64,000 bases of DNA from Pristiophorus japonicus (Eukaryota). Below the pieces are notes generated by a model that saw only the letters and a program-made list of their open reading frames with translations, made no database searches and was not told the origin of the DNA. Positions 46,441 through 58,979 of the stretch are shown piece after piece; positions within the stretch are counted from its first letter, which is position 1, and each line of letters begins with the position of its first letter. The position numbers were made by a program, and so were the translations under genes. The stretch spans positions 60,140,001 through 60,204,000 of the forward strand of contig NC_091997.1 in assembly GCF_044704955.1 (NCBI RefSeq). The letters are read 5' to 3'.

Positions 46441-47283
46441 TTGTAGCTCTCTTCATACCAGGCCCTTGCTGCTAATGCTGCTGATTATCTGCCTCATCGG
46501 CCATGATGCCACGGGAAAGCCATGCAGGAGGAGCTAATTTTAATTCACTGCCTCAATCTCAACAAACGTGTATCATTTGAATATTAACAGGTCAGATCCG
46601 CCTTTCCAGAGCAGATACACGGATATACAAAACCCATCACGCTTAAAACAGAAATGGGCGTGCATGCGGCGGGTTGGCTCAGATTTTGTAATTGGTATGA
46701 TTTAGCCCACCCCTCGGCCCCTCTCCTGCCCGTCATGGGGTGGGAAGTGGACACCAGGGGCAATGGACAAACCATGCAGCGCAGTATTTTGAATGGGTTA
46801 CGCATCCATTTAAAGGGCCGTGCAGTCCTCCAATAAATTACAGAGAACATTGGGGGTGAGGGGCTTAATAGCGACCCCTTTGTTTCTGTTCTTGGATTTC
46901 AGGAATCAAAGAGGATCAGTTCCACTGGGATATTACTCGGTTCCATTTACCACAAGAATATTGTCATGTGGGTGCGCGAGAGAGAGGCCGGTTAATGAAG
47001 CCTTTCATTCGCCCTCGAGCCAGAGCCTCGATTTCCCTCTCCCTCATTAGATACAGCGGCCCTCTCTGTCCACTGAGCCAGAACACAGTCAATCAGACAT
47101 GTCTCTCACTGCTGCCAGCTAGTCTCGCTCCAGCACTAAAATGAAATGTGCTAAAAGGGAAATTGTCAAAAGCACTCTCACTAATCAGCACTGGGCATTC
47201 TCAGGAAAGGGGCAATTGACACGAAGTACTGGAGAAGAACCAGCAGATCGGAAACAAGCTAATGTGGTGCCTAAATGTATCGA

Positions 47284-47525
47284 TGGGGCCCAGCGTCGGC
47301 GGCAGTCGGGAGCAGCGTCGAGGAGGTGCATGGAGAGGCCTATAAAAGGCACAGCAGGGAGTCTGGGGCCCAGCGTCAGCAGCAGTCGGGAGCAGCGTCG
47401 AGGAGGTGCGTGGAGAGGCGAGGCTTGTGCAGCTACAGGGAGAAGGCAAAAAAGAAGTAGAAAGAAACAGAAAGGTGACGTCACAGCCAAGGGGGTAAGT
47501 GATTGGCTGCTGATTGGTGAGTAGT
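47284..47525 (+). promoter_or_regulatory. CR1 5' UTR internal promoter: two 80-bp-period monomers, TATA, CRE, inverted CCAAT boxes
   Basis: 47284-47339 repeated at 47364-47419; TATAAAA 47341-47347; TGACGTCA 47476-47483; two ATTGG near 47502-47517. Confidence 0.65.
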
Positions 47526-47594
47526 TTTTCTTTTTTCTCTTCTATAACAGTGAGTAAACTTTAGCATTGTTGTTGCCTATCTAAGGGTTAAGTC

Positions 47595-48532
47595 ATGGCA
47601 GGAGAGCTCGATCACGTGTTATGCTCCTCCTGTACCATGTGGGAACTCAGGGACGATTCCAGTGTTCCTGATGACTACGTGTGCGGAAAGTGTATCCGCC
47701 TCCAGCTCCTGAAGGAACGCGTTGCGGAGTTGGAGCTGAGGGTGGATTCACTCTGGATGCTGAGAATGACGTGAGTAGCACGTGTAGCGAGTTGGTCGTA
47801 CCGCAGGTAAAGGGTCCACAGCCAGCTAGGGAATGGAAGACCAGCAGGAAGAGCAGTGCAAGGAAGATAGTGCAGGAGTCCCCTGTGGTCATCCCCCTGC
47901 AAAACAGATACACTGCTTTGAGTACTGTTGAGGGGGATGACTCATCAGGGGAGGGCAGCAGTGGCCAAGTTCATGGCACCGTGGCTGGCTCTGTTGCACA
48001 GGAGGGCAGGAAAAAGAGTGGGAGAGCGATAGTGATAGGGGATTCAATTGTAAGGGGAATAGGTAGGCTTTTCTGCGGCCGCAACCGAGACTCCAGGATG
48101 GTATGTTGCCTCCCTGGTGCAAGGGTCAAAGATGTCTCGGAGCGGGTGCAGGACATTCTAAAAAGGGAGGGAGAACAGCCAGTTGTTGTGGTGCACATTG
48201 GTACCAACGACATAGGTAAAAAAAGGGATGAGGTCCTACGAAACGAATTTAAGGAGCTAGAAGCTAAATTTAAAAATAGGACCTCAAAAGTAGTAATCTC
48301 GGGATTGCTACCAGTGCCACGTGCTAGTCAGAGTAGGAATCGCAGGATAGCGCAGATGAATACGTGGCTTGAGCAGTGGTGCAGCAGGGAGGAATTCAAA
48401 TTCCTGGGGCATTGGAACCGGTTCTGGGGGAGGTGGGACCAGTACAAACCGGACGGTCTTCACCTTGGCAGGACCGGAACCAATGTTCTAGGGGGAGTGT
48501 TTGCTAGTGCTGTTGGGGAGGAGTTAAACTAA
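47595..48532 (+). pseudogene. CR1 ORF1: CxxC...CxxC zinc finger/leucine zipper plus SGNH esterase, one frameshift
   Basis: ATG 47595 MAGELDHVLCSSCTM...VCGKCIRLQLLKERVAELELRV; shift near 47757; then IGDSIVRG, HIGTND, DGLHL. Confidence 0.88.
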
Positions 48533-48699
48533 TATGGCAGGGGGATGGGAACCAATGCAGGGAGACAGAGGGAAACAAAAAGGAGACAAAAGCAAAAGAC
48601 AGAAAGGAGATGAGGAAAAGTGGAGGGCAGAGAAACCCAAGGCAAAGAACAAAAAGGGCCACTGTACAGCAAAATTCTAAAAGGACAAAGGGTGTTAAA

Positions 48700-51502
48700 A
48701 AAACAAGCCTGAAGGCTTTGTATCTTAATGCAAGGAGTATCCGTAATAAAGTGAATTAACTATGCAAATAGATGTTAACAAATATGATGTGATTGGGATT
48801 ACAGAGACGTGGCTCCAGGATGATCAGGGCTGGGCACTCAACATCCAGGGCTATTCAGCATTCAGGAAGGATAGAATAAAAGGAAAAGGAGGTGGGGTAG
48901 CATTGCTGGTTAAAGAGGAGATTAATGCAATAGTTAGGAAGGACATTAGCTTGGATGATGTGGAATCTATATGGGTAGAGCTGCAGAACACCAAAGGGCA
49001 AAAAAAGTTAGTGGGAGTTGTGTACAGACCTCCAAACAGTAGTAGTGATGTTGGGGAGGGCATCAAACAGGAAATTAGGGGTGCATGCAATAAGGGTGCA
49101 GCAGTTATAATGGGTGACTTTAATATGCACATAGATTGGGCTAACCAAACTGGAAGCAATACGGATTTCCTGGAGTGCATAAGGGATGGTTTTCTAGACC
49201 AATATGTCGAGGAATCAACTAGGGGGGAGGCCATCTTAGACTGGGTGTTGCGTAATGAGAGAGGATTAATTAGCAATCTCGTTCTGCGAGGCCCCTTGGG
49301 GAAGAGTGACCATAATATGGTGGAATTCTGCATTAGGATGGAGAATGAAACAGTTAATTCAGAGACCATGGTCCACAACTTAAAGAACGGTAACTTTGAA
49401 GGTATGAGGCGTGAATTGGCTAGGATAGTTTGGCGAATGATACTTAAGGGGTTGACTGTGGATGGACAATGGCAGACATTTAGAAACCGCATGGATGAAC
49501 TACAACAATTGTACATTCCTGTCTGGCGTAAAAATAAAAAAAGGAAGGTGGCTCAACCATGGCTATCAAGGGAAATCAGGGATAGTGTTAAAGCCAAGGA
49601 AGTGGCATACAAATTGGCCAGAAATAGCAGCGAACCACGGGGACTGGGAGAAATTTAGAACTCAGCAGAGGAGGACAAAGGGTTTGATTAGGGCAGGGAA
49701 AATGGAGTACGAGAAGAAGCTTGCAGGGAACATTAAAACGGATTGCAAAAGTTTCTATAGATATGTAAAGAGAAAAGGTTAGTAAAGACAAATGTAGGTC
49801 CCCTGCAGTCAGAATCAGGGGAAGTCATAGCGGGGAACAAAGAAATGGCAGACCAATTGAACAAGTACTTTGGTTCGGTATTCATTGAGGAGGACACAAA
49901 CAACCTTCCGGATATAAAAGGGGTCAGAGGGTCAAGTAAGGAGGAGGAACTGAGGGAAATCCTTATTAGTCGGGAAATTGTGTTGGGAAATTGATGGGAT
50001 TGAAGGCCGATAAATCCCCAGGGCCTGATGGACTGCATTCCAGAGTACTTAAGGAGGTGGCCTTGGAAATAGCGGATGCATTGACAGTCATTTACCAACA
50101 TTCCATTGACTCTGGATCAGTTCCTATGGAGTGGAGGGTAGCCAATGTAACCCCACTTTTTAAAAAAGGAGGGAGAGAGAAAACAGGGAATTATAGACCG
50201 GTCAGCCTGACATCGGTAGTGGGTAAAATGATGGAATCAATTATTAAGGATGTCATAGCAGCGCTTTTGGAAAGAGGTGACATGATAGGTCCAAGTCAGC
50301 ATGGATTTGTGAAAGGGAAATCATGCTTGACAAATCTTCTGGAATTTTTTGAGGATGTTTCCAGTAGAGTGGACAAGGGAGAACCAGTTGATGTGGTATA
50401 TTTGGACTTTCAGAAGGCTTTCGACAAGGTCCCACACAAGAGATTAATGTGCAAAGTTAAAGCACATGGGATTGGGGGTAGTGTGCTGACATGGATTGAG
50501 AACTGGTTGTCAGACAGGAAGCAAAGAGTAGGAGTAAATGGGTACTTTTCAGAATGGCAGGCAGTGACTAGTGGAGTACCGCAAGGTTCTGTGCTGGGGC
50601 CCCAGCTGTTTACACTGCACATTAATGATTTAGATGAGGGGATTAAATGTAGTGTCTCCAAATTTGCCGATGACACTAAGTTGGATGGCAGTGTGAGCTG
50701 CGAGGAGGATGCTATGAGGCTGCAGAGCGACTTGGATAGGTTAGGTGAGTGGGCAAATGCATGGCAGATGAAGTATAATGTGGATAAATGTGAGGTTATC
50801 CACTTTGGTGGTAAAAACAGAGAGACAGACTATTATCTGAATGGTGACAGATTCGGAAAAGGGGAGGTGCAACGAGACCTGGGTGTCATGGTACATCAGT
50901 CATTGAAGGTTGGCATGCAGGTACAGCAGGCGGTTAAGAAAGCAAATGGCATGTTGGCCTTCATAGCGAGGGGATTTGAGTACAGGGGCAGGGAGGTGTT
51001 GCTACAGTTGTACAGGGCCTTGGTGGGGCCACACCTGGAGTATTGTGTACAGTTTTGGTCTCCTAACCTGAGGAAGGACATTCTTGCTGTTGAGGGAGTG
51101 CAGCAAAGGTTCACCAGACTGATTCTCGGGATGGCGGGACTGACCTATCAAGAAAGACTGGATCAACTGCGCTTGTATTCACTGGAGTTCAGAAGAATGA
51201 GAGGGGACCTCATAGAAACCTTTAAAATTCTGATGGGTTTAGACAGGTTAGATGCAGGAAGAATGTTCCCAATGTTGGGGAAGTCCAGAACCAGGGGACA
51301 CAGTCTAAGGATAAGGGGTAAGCCATTTAGGACCGAGATGAGGAGAAACTTCTTCACCCAGAGAGTGGTGAACCTGTGGAATTCTCTCCCACAGAAAGTT
51401 GTTGAGGTCAATTCACTAAATATATTCAAAAAGGAGTTAGATGAAGTCCTTACTACTCGGGGGATCAAGGGGTATGGCGAGAAAGCAGGAATGGGGTACT
51501 GA
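48700..51502 (+). pseudogene. CR1 ORF2: APE endonuclease plus reverse transcriptase, a few frameshifts
   Basis: ORF 48762-49658 (ITETW, YRPP, GDFN, SDH), 49462-49782, and 49991-51502 (SQHGF, DFQKAFD, PQGSVLGP, FADD). Confidence 0.92.
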
Positions 51503-51689
51503 AGTTGCATGTTCAGCCATGAACTCATTGAATGGCTAGAAGGGCCGAATGGCCTACTCCTGCACCTATTTTCTATGTTTCTATGTTTCTAAAAACAGGG
51601 GATAAAAAGGCCTGGCTGTATAGGACCCAAGTCCCACATCAACACCAGTGACTGTTAATTGTCTCTTAATTGCCCTCTGATATGGATAG

Positions 51690-52455
51690 TTAAACTGCTC
51701 TTTTTTGAACAGGGGTATAACATTTGTTATCCTCCAGTCCTCTGGAAGCACCCCTATATGTAGGAGGAGTAGAAGATTGTGGCGAAACCTCCTCTATCTC
51801 TACCCTTACTTCCCTCAGCGACCTAGAATGCATCACATCCGGGCCGAGTGAATTTTCTACTTTGAGCATTGCCAACCTTTTAAGCACATCCTCTTCATTT
51901 CTCCATTTCCCCTACTACTTCCTCCTTTATTGTGATATTCACAGCATCCTCTTCATTAGTGAAGTGCAAAGTACTCAGCAATCCCCTGTGTCTCCACAAT
52001 ATCTACCTTTTGGTCCCACCCTTCCTTTGACGACCCTTATAAGTTTATAAAGGACTTTTGGGTTCCCTTTTATGTTATGCACCAATCTGTCCTCATAAGT
52101 TCTCTTGTTACCCTTCTGGTTTCCTTTTTGAGTTCTCCTTTGTACTTTCATAGAGTAGTGGAGTGCAGAAAGCGACCATTCACCTCACGGTCTGTGCACA
52201 AACACACCCAGGTCTCTCTGTTCCTCCAGCCCCTTTAAAATTGCACCATTTAGGATGTATGATCTCTCCCCATTCTTCCTACCAAAATAAATCAACTCAC
52301 ACTTCTCTGTGTTTAATGTTATCTGCCAAGTGCCTGCCCATTCCACCATCCTGCCTGGGTCTTGAAGTCTATTGCTATCCTTCTCACCATTTACTGCACT
52401 TCCCAAGGTTTGAAATTGTGCCCTGTACCCCCAAGTCCAAGTCATTATACCAGGA
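51690..52455 (-). mobile_element. Decayed CR1 ORF2 fragments
   Basis: LKVENSLGPDVMHSRSLREV; WQITLNTEKCELIYFGRKN...QRDLGV. Confidence 0.75.
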
Positions 52456-52589
52456 AAAGAAGTGGTCATGATAAAATAATCCCATGCAGCTCACCAAGCT
52501 TATGCAGTTATGTACATGCATGCCAAACACATCCTGGTACGCTCGTAGGAGTCAATAGCACAGAATGTACCTTGGGTGGGAGAGTTCAA

Positions 52590-53885
52590 TACTAGGCATC
52601 TGCGAGGCGCTGTGGGCCATCAGCAGCAGAATTATATTCCACCACAATCTATAACTTCATGGCCCGGCATATCCCTCACTCTTCCATTAACATCAAGCCC
52701 GGGACCAACCCTGGTTCAATGAGGAGTGTAGAACAGCATGCCAGGAGCAGCACCAGGTGTTTCAACGTGGGAAAGCTGCAACACAGGACTACGTGCATGC
52801 TAAACAGCGGAAGCAGCATGCTGTAGACAGAGACAGAGCTAAGTGATCTCACAATCAATGGATCAGATCAAAGCTCTGCAGTCCTGCCACATCCAGTCGG
52901 GAATGGTGGTGGACAATTAAACAACTAATGGGAGGAGGAGGCTCCATGAATATCCCCATCCTCAATGATGCGGAAGCCCAGCATGCGAGTGCAAAAGACA
53001 AGGCTGAAGTGTTTGAAACCATGGTCAGCTAGAAGTGCCGAGTGGATGATCCATATCGGCCTCCTCCTGAGGTCCTCACCATCACAGAAGTCAGTCTTCA
53101 GCCAATTCGATTCACTCCATGTGATATCAAGAAGTGGCTGAGCGCACTGGATACAGCAAAGGCTATGGGCCCCAACAACATAATGGCTGTCGTGCTGAAG
53201 GCTTGTGCTCCAGAACTAGTCGTGCCTCTAGCCAAGCTGTTCCAGTACAACTACAACACTGGCATCTACCCAACAATGTGGAAAATTGCCCAGGTATGTC
53301 CTGTCCACAAAAAGCAGGACAAATCCAATCCGGCCAATTACTGCCCCATCGGTCTACTCTCAATCATCAGCAAAATGATGGAAGGTGTCTTCGACAGTGC
53401 TATCAAGCGTCACATACTCACCAATAACCTGCTCACCGATGCTCAATTTGGGTTCCGCCAAGAGCACTCGGCTCCAGACCTCATTACAAACATAGACCAA
53501 AGAGCTGAATTCCAGAGGTGAGGTGAGAGTGACTGCCCTTGACATCAAGGCATCATTTGACCGAGTGTGGCATCAAGGAGCCCCAGTAAAACTGAAGTCA
53601 ATGGGAATCAAAGGGAAAACTCTCCACTGGCCGGAGTCATACCCAGCACAAAGGAAGATGGTTCTGGTTGTTGGAGGTCAATCATCTCAGCCCCAGGACA
53701 TCGCTGCAGGAGTTCCTCAGGGCATTGTCCTAGGCCCAACCATCTTCAGCTGCTTCATCAAATGACCTTCCCTCCATCATAAGGTCAGAAGTGGGGATGT
53801 TCGCTGATGATTGCAGTGTTCAGTTCCATTCGCAACTCCTCAGAAATGAAGCAGTCCATGCAGCAAGACCTGGACAACATTCAGG
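52590..53885 (+). mobile_element. Non-LTR retrotransposon RT fragment (CR1/L2/Jockey group, distinct family)
   Basis: KAMGPNNI...NPANYCPIGLLSIISK...QFGFR; LDIKASFDRVWH; GVPQGIVLGP; MFADD. Confidence 0.85.
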
Positions 53886-53889
53886 CTCA

Positions 53890-54345
53890 TACCAGGACCA
53901 AGGGTTACATTACAAGGAGAGATTACACAAATTAGGATTGCATTCCGTAGAATTTAGAAGGTTAAGCGGTAATCTGATTGAAGTTTTTAAGATATTAAAG
54001 GGAACAGATAGGGTAGATAGAAAGAAACTATTTCTGCTGATTGGAGAGTCTAGGGCTAGGGGGCATAGTCTGAAAATTAGAGCCAGGCTTTTCAGGAGTG
54101 AAATTAGAAAACACCTCGACACACAAAGGATGATAGACATTTGGAACTCACTTCCACAAACAGCAATTGGTGCCAGATCAATTATTAATTTTAAATCAGA
54201 GATTTGATAGCTTTCTGTTATCCAAAGGTATTAAGGGATATGGGCCAAAGGTGGGAATATGGTGTTAGGTCGCATATCAGCCATGATCTCATTGAATGGC
54301 AGAACAGGCTCGAGGGGCTGAATGGCCTTCTCATGTTCCTATGTT
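53890..54345 (+). mobile_element. CR1 3' end
   Basis: YKERLHKLGL...IWNSLP; 3' stem-loop ggctcgaggggctgaatggcc and tail. Confidence 0.85.
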
Positions 54346-54452
54346 CCCTGCACTGATCCCTGTGGAACACCTTGTCCCACCTTTTGTCAGTCTGAGTGAC
54401 TAGCCTTGACCCCTACTCTCTGTTTTCTGTTCTGTAACCAGCTTGCGATCCA

Positions 54453-55785
54453 CAGCAGCAGCGCACCAGCTATGGGGAGCCCGATATCCAGGACCGCACG
54501 GAGGTGGAGGAGTGAGTGCCCGCCCTCATGGACACACAAGTTGGTGCGGTGAAGCAGAGCCCCCTGTGGGCAGTGACGGTATGTTAATGCCCTTGGGGAT
54601 TTCTGTGAGACCCTTTACCATTGATACCACATGCCTTACTCCCTTTACATATAAGTGTCCAATGCCACCTTCCTCTTATCTCGCTGCTCACCATTCCTCT
54701 GTTGCTTTGTGCTTACAGTCGATCAGCCAGAAGCGCAGCAGCCTGCCCGTGATCCATCAACATCGGCGACGGGGGAGACGAGAAGGAAGGGGACGAAAGT
54801 GTTGCAACAGAGTGGGACCCTCCATCAGCTGCACTGAGTGACGACACCACCTCGGTGAAAGACACAACATTCCTGGGATCTGAAGAGCCTGAGGCTCCTG
54901 GCCCCAGTGGCCTGCAGCAATGCCAACCGCGAGGGGAAGCTCGGGGGTCACCTCCCCGGAGGGTGAGTTGGCCAATGAGTCCTGCTCAGAGACACTCAGA
55001 TGTGGACCTGGACTTGAAGGCTATGTCGAGAGAGTCCATGGAAATGCACGGCTAGCTGATTGGTGCATTGGAGAGGGTCCCACAGAGCATGGATGCATTT
55101 GCTCTGAGGTTGGGGGAGGCCGCCTCAAGCATTGCCCATGGCTCTCAGCAACCCATCGAGCCCATCTTTGCCCAGCTACAGAGAGAGATGGACTCAACGA
55201 GCGACAGTGGAGTCCCAGAGGTGATGGCGCGTGCCACAGTTGATGTTGCAGCAGCCATGACATCACAGACCCAAGCCACGCAAGGCCTTCGTGATTTGAT
55301 GCAGTCACTGCTTGTTGGCATCAATCCTCAGACTCAGTGTGCTGTGAGTCAGTCTCAGAGTGATGCCATGCGCCCATTGACTGCTGCCATCCTCTCTGTG
55401 TTCCCCATGGTACAACGGGGAAGTGACAGTGCCGAAGCAGGCCAGCAATGTGTGCTCCCACAGATTGCTCCGGATGCTGAGGCTCAAGATTACAACATTC
55501 CGGCTCCAACCACTGCCACTCCGCCTTTGCACCTGCAGCGGACTACACCCGAGCCATCCGAGATGGCTGGCACCGATGGTGAGGTGGCGGAGTCCGCATC
55601 CGGGCCTTCCAGGCCCAGAGCGGGTCCAGAGCATCCTGCTAGGCTGTCTGTAGTGTCTGCCTTATAGACATAGCAGTCCTCAAGCAGCCTTGCTGCAGGT
55701 ACTGCGGCCACAATAAGGAGGAGAAGTAGGTGTGGGAGGGGGAGTAAGAGAAGGGGTGGGAAATGCCAGGGGATGACAGAGTGAA
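54453..55785 (+). pseudogene. Probable Harbinger second ORF (Myb/SANT partner), C-terminal part, with a putative intron at 54579-54718
   Basis: Convergent to the transposase. ORF 55068-55667 is helical/low-complexity and is followed by a basic RG-rich tail. The Myb domain itself is not seen. Confidence 0.5.
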
Positions 55786-56119
55786 GACTTTGCCCACTGT
55801 GGACAGATGTTCTCATCCTGTAAATAACGGCTCTAAATATGTCGTTGCATCATTTGACGTATCCTATTGATGTGCGTGTGAGCTGAATGTGCCACATTGA
55901 TGCTGCTGTGGGATGACGAATGGAAGGTCCCTTTGTCCAGACATTGTTTACGTTGGTTGCGTTTGATGGGATTTCAATGGAACCTTGTGTTTTGTTTTGC
56001 ACTGGCTGGGGAGGGGTTGGTTTTGTTGTTTGACGCGACTATGTTGATCTCGTTAATAAAATATTAATTTGGCCATTTGGCCTGGGCGTCTTGTGGACTT
56101 TGGCCGGGATATGCCATTA

Positions 56120-57233
56120 TCATCAGTATTAGCTGCATCCCTCAGCTTTCTCCATGCAAGGCACCCGATGCAATATGCTGACATGTGGCTCTTGGTCTGA
56201 CACCATTGCCACACGGCCTCCTCTTGGAGTGGCTGGCCATTCGGGGTCTCACCAGGCTCCTGTTCCTCGTCCTCCTCCTCCTGAGGTGGGGCTGCAATCC
56301 CCACTGGCAATGCCTAGGCCCTCATTATGACAGGTTGTCCCACAATGAGTAGTGAGACCCAGTGAGGGGAGTATTGAAGGCTGCTTCCAGAGAGGGCCAG
56401 GCATCGGAAGCGCTGCTTGAACACCCCCATTGTCTGTTCGATGATGTTGCGGCTGGCTGCATGGCTGTCATTGTAGCGATACTCCGCTTGTGCGGTGGGG
56501 TTGTGAGGGGGGTGATGAGCCAGGTGGTTCGGATGTAACCTTTGTCCCAGAGTAACCAGCCACGCCCTTCCCATGGTGGCTCAGACATTCGCGGCACATT
56601 GCTCTCACGCAGGATGAAAGCATCATGTGTGCTCCCTGGATAGCGGGCATTGACTGCGAGGACGTGCTACGTGTGGTCACACACCAGTTGCACATTTAGG
56701 GAGTGGTATCCCTTTCAGTTTCTGAATACCTCTGCGTTGTGTAATGGTGCTCACAAGACCACGTGTGTGCAGTCAATGGCTCCCTGAACCCTCGGGAATC
56801 CCGCAATCCTGCCAAACTCACATGCTGGCTCATTCTAGCTCTCCCTGCTCATTGGGAACATTGTGAAGTTCATTCTGTGGGCGTAGAGAGCCTTTGTGAT
56901 GTGTAGCGTATTGCGAGTTGCTGCATATGTCCCTTGATGCAGCTTGGATGGAGACGGAAGCGTAGGCAGTGACCTTCACTGCAGTCCTAGTGCTGGTGTG
57001 AGGCGGCAGGTCTGCCTGCAGGAGGTGGATCATCTCTGTCAACACTTCCTTTCAGAAGCGCAGCCTTCTCACACACTGCTCCTCAGAGCGTTGATGCCTG
57101 TAGCTCTGAGGGGGTAAGGCCTCCTGTCCAAACGTCTATGGCCTCTCCTCATCTGTGGCCCGACATGGCAAACAGCCCTTCTATCCTCACGCCGCCTAAC
57201 AAGAGCAACGCTGACATACTAGTAATGCACCAT
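56120..57233 (-). pseudogene. Harbinger transposase, degraded
   Basis: GAIDCTHV (56760-56785), KGYHSLNVQLVCDH, YPGSTHDAFILRES, LLWDKGY, IEQTMGVFKQRFRCL. Confidence 0.88.
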
Positions 57234-58271
57234 TAAAGTCTTTAACTCAAGTTGTAAGCATGCTGTAATGGCAGATAAATCTTCAGATTTAAAGTCAGAG
57301 TTTCACTCAGCGCCCTGTGCGGAAACGTTGTGCTCAATGTGATTCCGATTAATGCTGTTCCTCCCACCCTTTAAATAGGCTGCAGATAGCAGCTGCTTTC
57401 TCGGGCGCTCAATGAGTCGATGCGCCTAATTGTCTGAGTGGGTCGTTGCATGACGACTGAGGTCAGCATCTGACTGAAAGTGCCGAGCATGGCGGTGCCC
57501 AACCCAGCACCAAATCTCCCGCCGCGGCGCTGCCGGCTGAGTGGCCGGGCGGTCAGCAATTCCAAACAGATTCCCGCTGCTTGGGGGCACTAACAGAGGT
57601 GCTACACAACCCAATTCCCAGCCCAGGTATATTACATTCACCGCATCGCCCTGCTCTAATCTTTCAGTCAGGCACCACCTTTTCTTGTCAAATCCGCACT
57701 GACTGCTCTTTATTATATTTTCAGTTTCTAGATGTTTTCTTTATTACATCTTTCAGTCAATACCCATTATCTTTTCTGCCACTGGCATTAAGCTAACTGG
57801 TCCATATTTCCCTGGACTTGTTCTATCTCCCTTTTTAAACCGAGGAATCACATTCGCTGTCCCAGTTCTCTGGCACTCTTCTCTTTTCTAATAAATTAAA
57901 AAGAAATACATAATAATGCCTCTGCTATTGTTTAATATGTGCTAATGCAATCCATCCAGATCGGGGGTTTTATGCTCTCTAAGTTTGATTAGTTTATGAA
58001 TTATCTCCCATTTCGATCAAGGGGAGAATTGTGTAGCTGCACGTGTGGGGGCGGTAAGAGCCACGAGATGGGCTTTCCTGCGCCAGTCGCGGGGGTCCTG
58101 CCCCGTGACCTATATTGGGCTATGAGCAGAGAAGAGCGGTCACTGAGGGGGACTGCGCCGTGAGGAAGTGTAGCACTGCCATGTACACAGAGCCCACCCG
58201 TCAGCTGCCGACTGTGCGGGGGAGAAACCGGTCCCTACCTGGGCCCCCAGGGAGCAGGGTGCAGTGACTCA

Positions 58272-58955
58272 AGTGGGTGGGTGATGGTAGAGGGGTGGGG
58301 TGATGGGAGACGGGTGGGTGATAGGAGATGGGTGGGATGGTGGGAGACGGGTGGGTGATGGTAGAGGGGTGGGGTGGTGGGAGACGGGTGGGTGATGGGA
58401 GACGGGTGGGGTGATGGGAGACGGGTGGGTGATGGGAGACGGGTGGGTGATGGGAGATGGGTGGGGTGATGGGAGACGGGTGGGTGATGGGAGACGGGTG
58501 GGTGATGGGTGGGTGATGGGAGACGGGTGGGTGATGGGAGACGGGTGGGTGGTGGGAGCCGGGTGGGGTGATGGGAGACGGGTGTGGTGATGGGTGACGG
58601 GTGGGATGATGGGTGACGGGTGGGGTGATGGGAGACGGGTGGGTGATGGGAGATGGGTGGGTGGTGGGAGCCGGGTGGGGTGATGGGAGACGGGTGTGGT
58701 GATGGGTGACGGGTGGGGTGATGGGTGATGGGTGGGGTGATGGGAGACGGGTGGGTGATGGGAGACGGGTGGGTGATGGGAGACGGGTGGGTGGTGGGAG
58801 CCGGGTGGGGTGATGGGAGACGGGTGTGGTGATGGGTGACGGGTGGGGTGATGGGAGACGGGTGGGTGATGGCAGACGGGTGGGGTGGTGGGAGATGGGT
58901 GGGATGGTGGGAGACGGGTGGGTGATGGGAGACGGGTGCGTGGTGGGAGACAGGT
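58272..58955. repeat. G-rich minisatellite, 18/19-bp unit (gatgggagacgggtgggt)
   Basis: Direct periodicity. Lies about 250 bp after a MITE-like start ggggagaatt at 58021. Confidence 0.95.
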
Positions 58956-58979
58956 GTGATTGGGGACAGATATCTTCTA

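Larger units (their letters stand above)
47284..51591 (+). mobile_element. Near full-length young CR1 LINE nested in an older CR1 fragment
   Basis: 5' UTR, ORF1, ORF2, 3' stem-loop and (tttctatg)n tail. Flanks ...KQANVVP (47250-47273) and aaaaacaggggataaa (51592 on) look like one split older CR1. Confidence 0.95.
54453..57624 (-). mobile_element. Second PIF/Harbinger element, one end truncated
   Basis: Transposase on the minus strand, convergent second ORF on the plus strand; TIR-like aattcccagccc ending 57624. Confidence 0.8.
54346..58010 (-). mobile_element. Decayed CR1 RT fragment split by the second Harbinger (pieces 54346-54452 and 57625-58010)
   Basis: Reverse complements of GVPQGSV/QRVGV and KKGDRTSPGNM...VSL blocks. 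Confidence 0.6.

Noticed and set aside
31387-46537. Cys-rich keratin-associated-like (CPSLY), SISLL and MDNRE repeat proteins
   Set aside because: All are frames of one 15-bp satellite on both strands, with frequent frame changes.
46455-46537. Signal-peptide-like exon PLLLMLLIICLIG
   Set aside because: Ends in a stop after about 25 codons with no donor site; consistent with chance.
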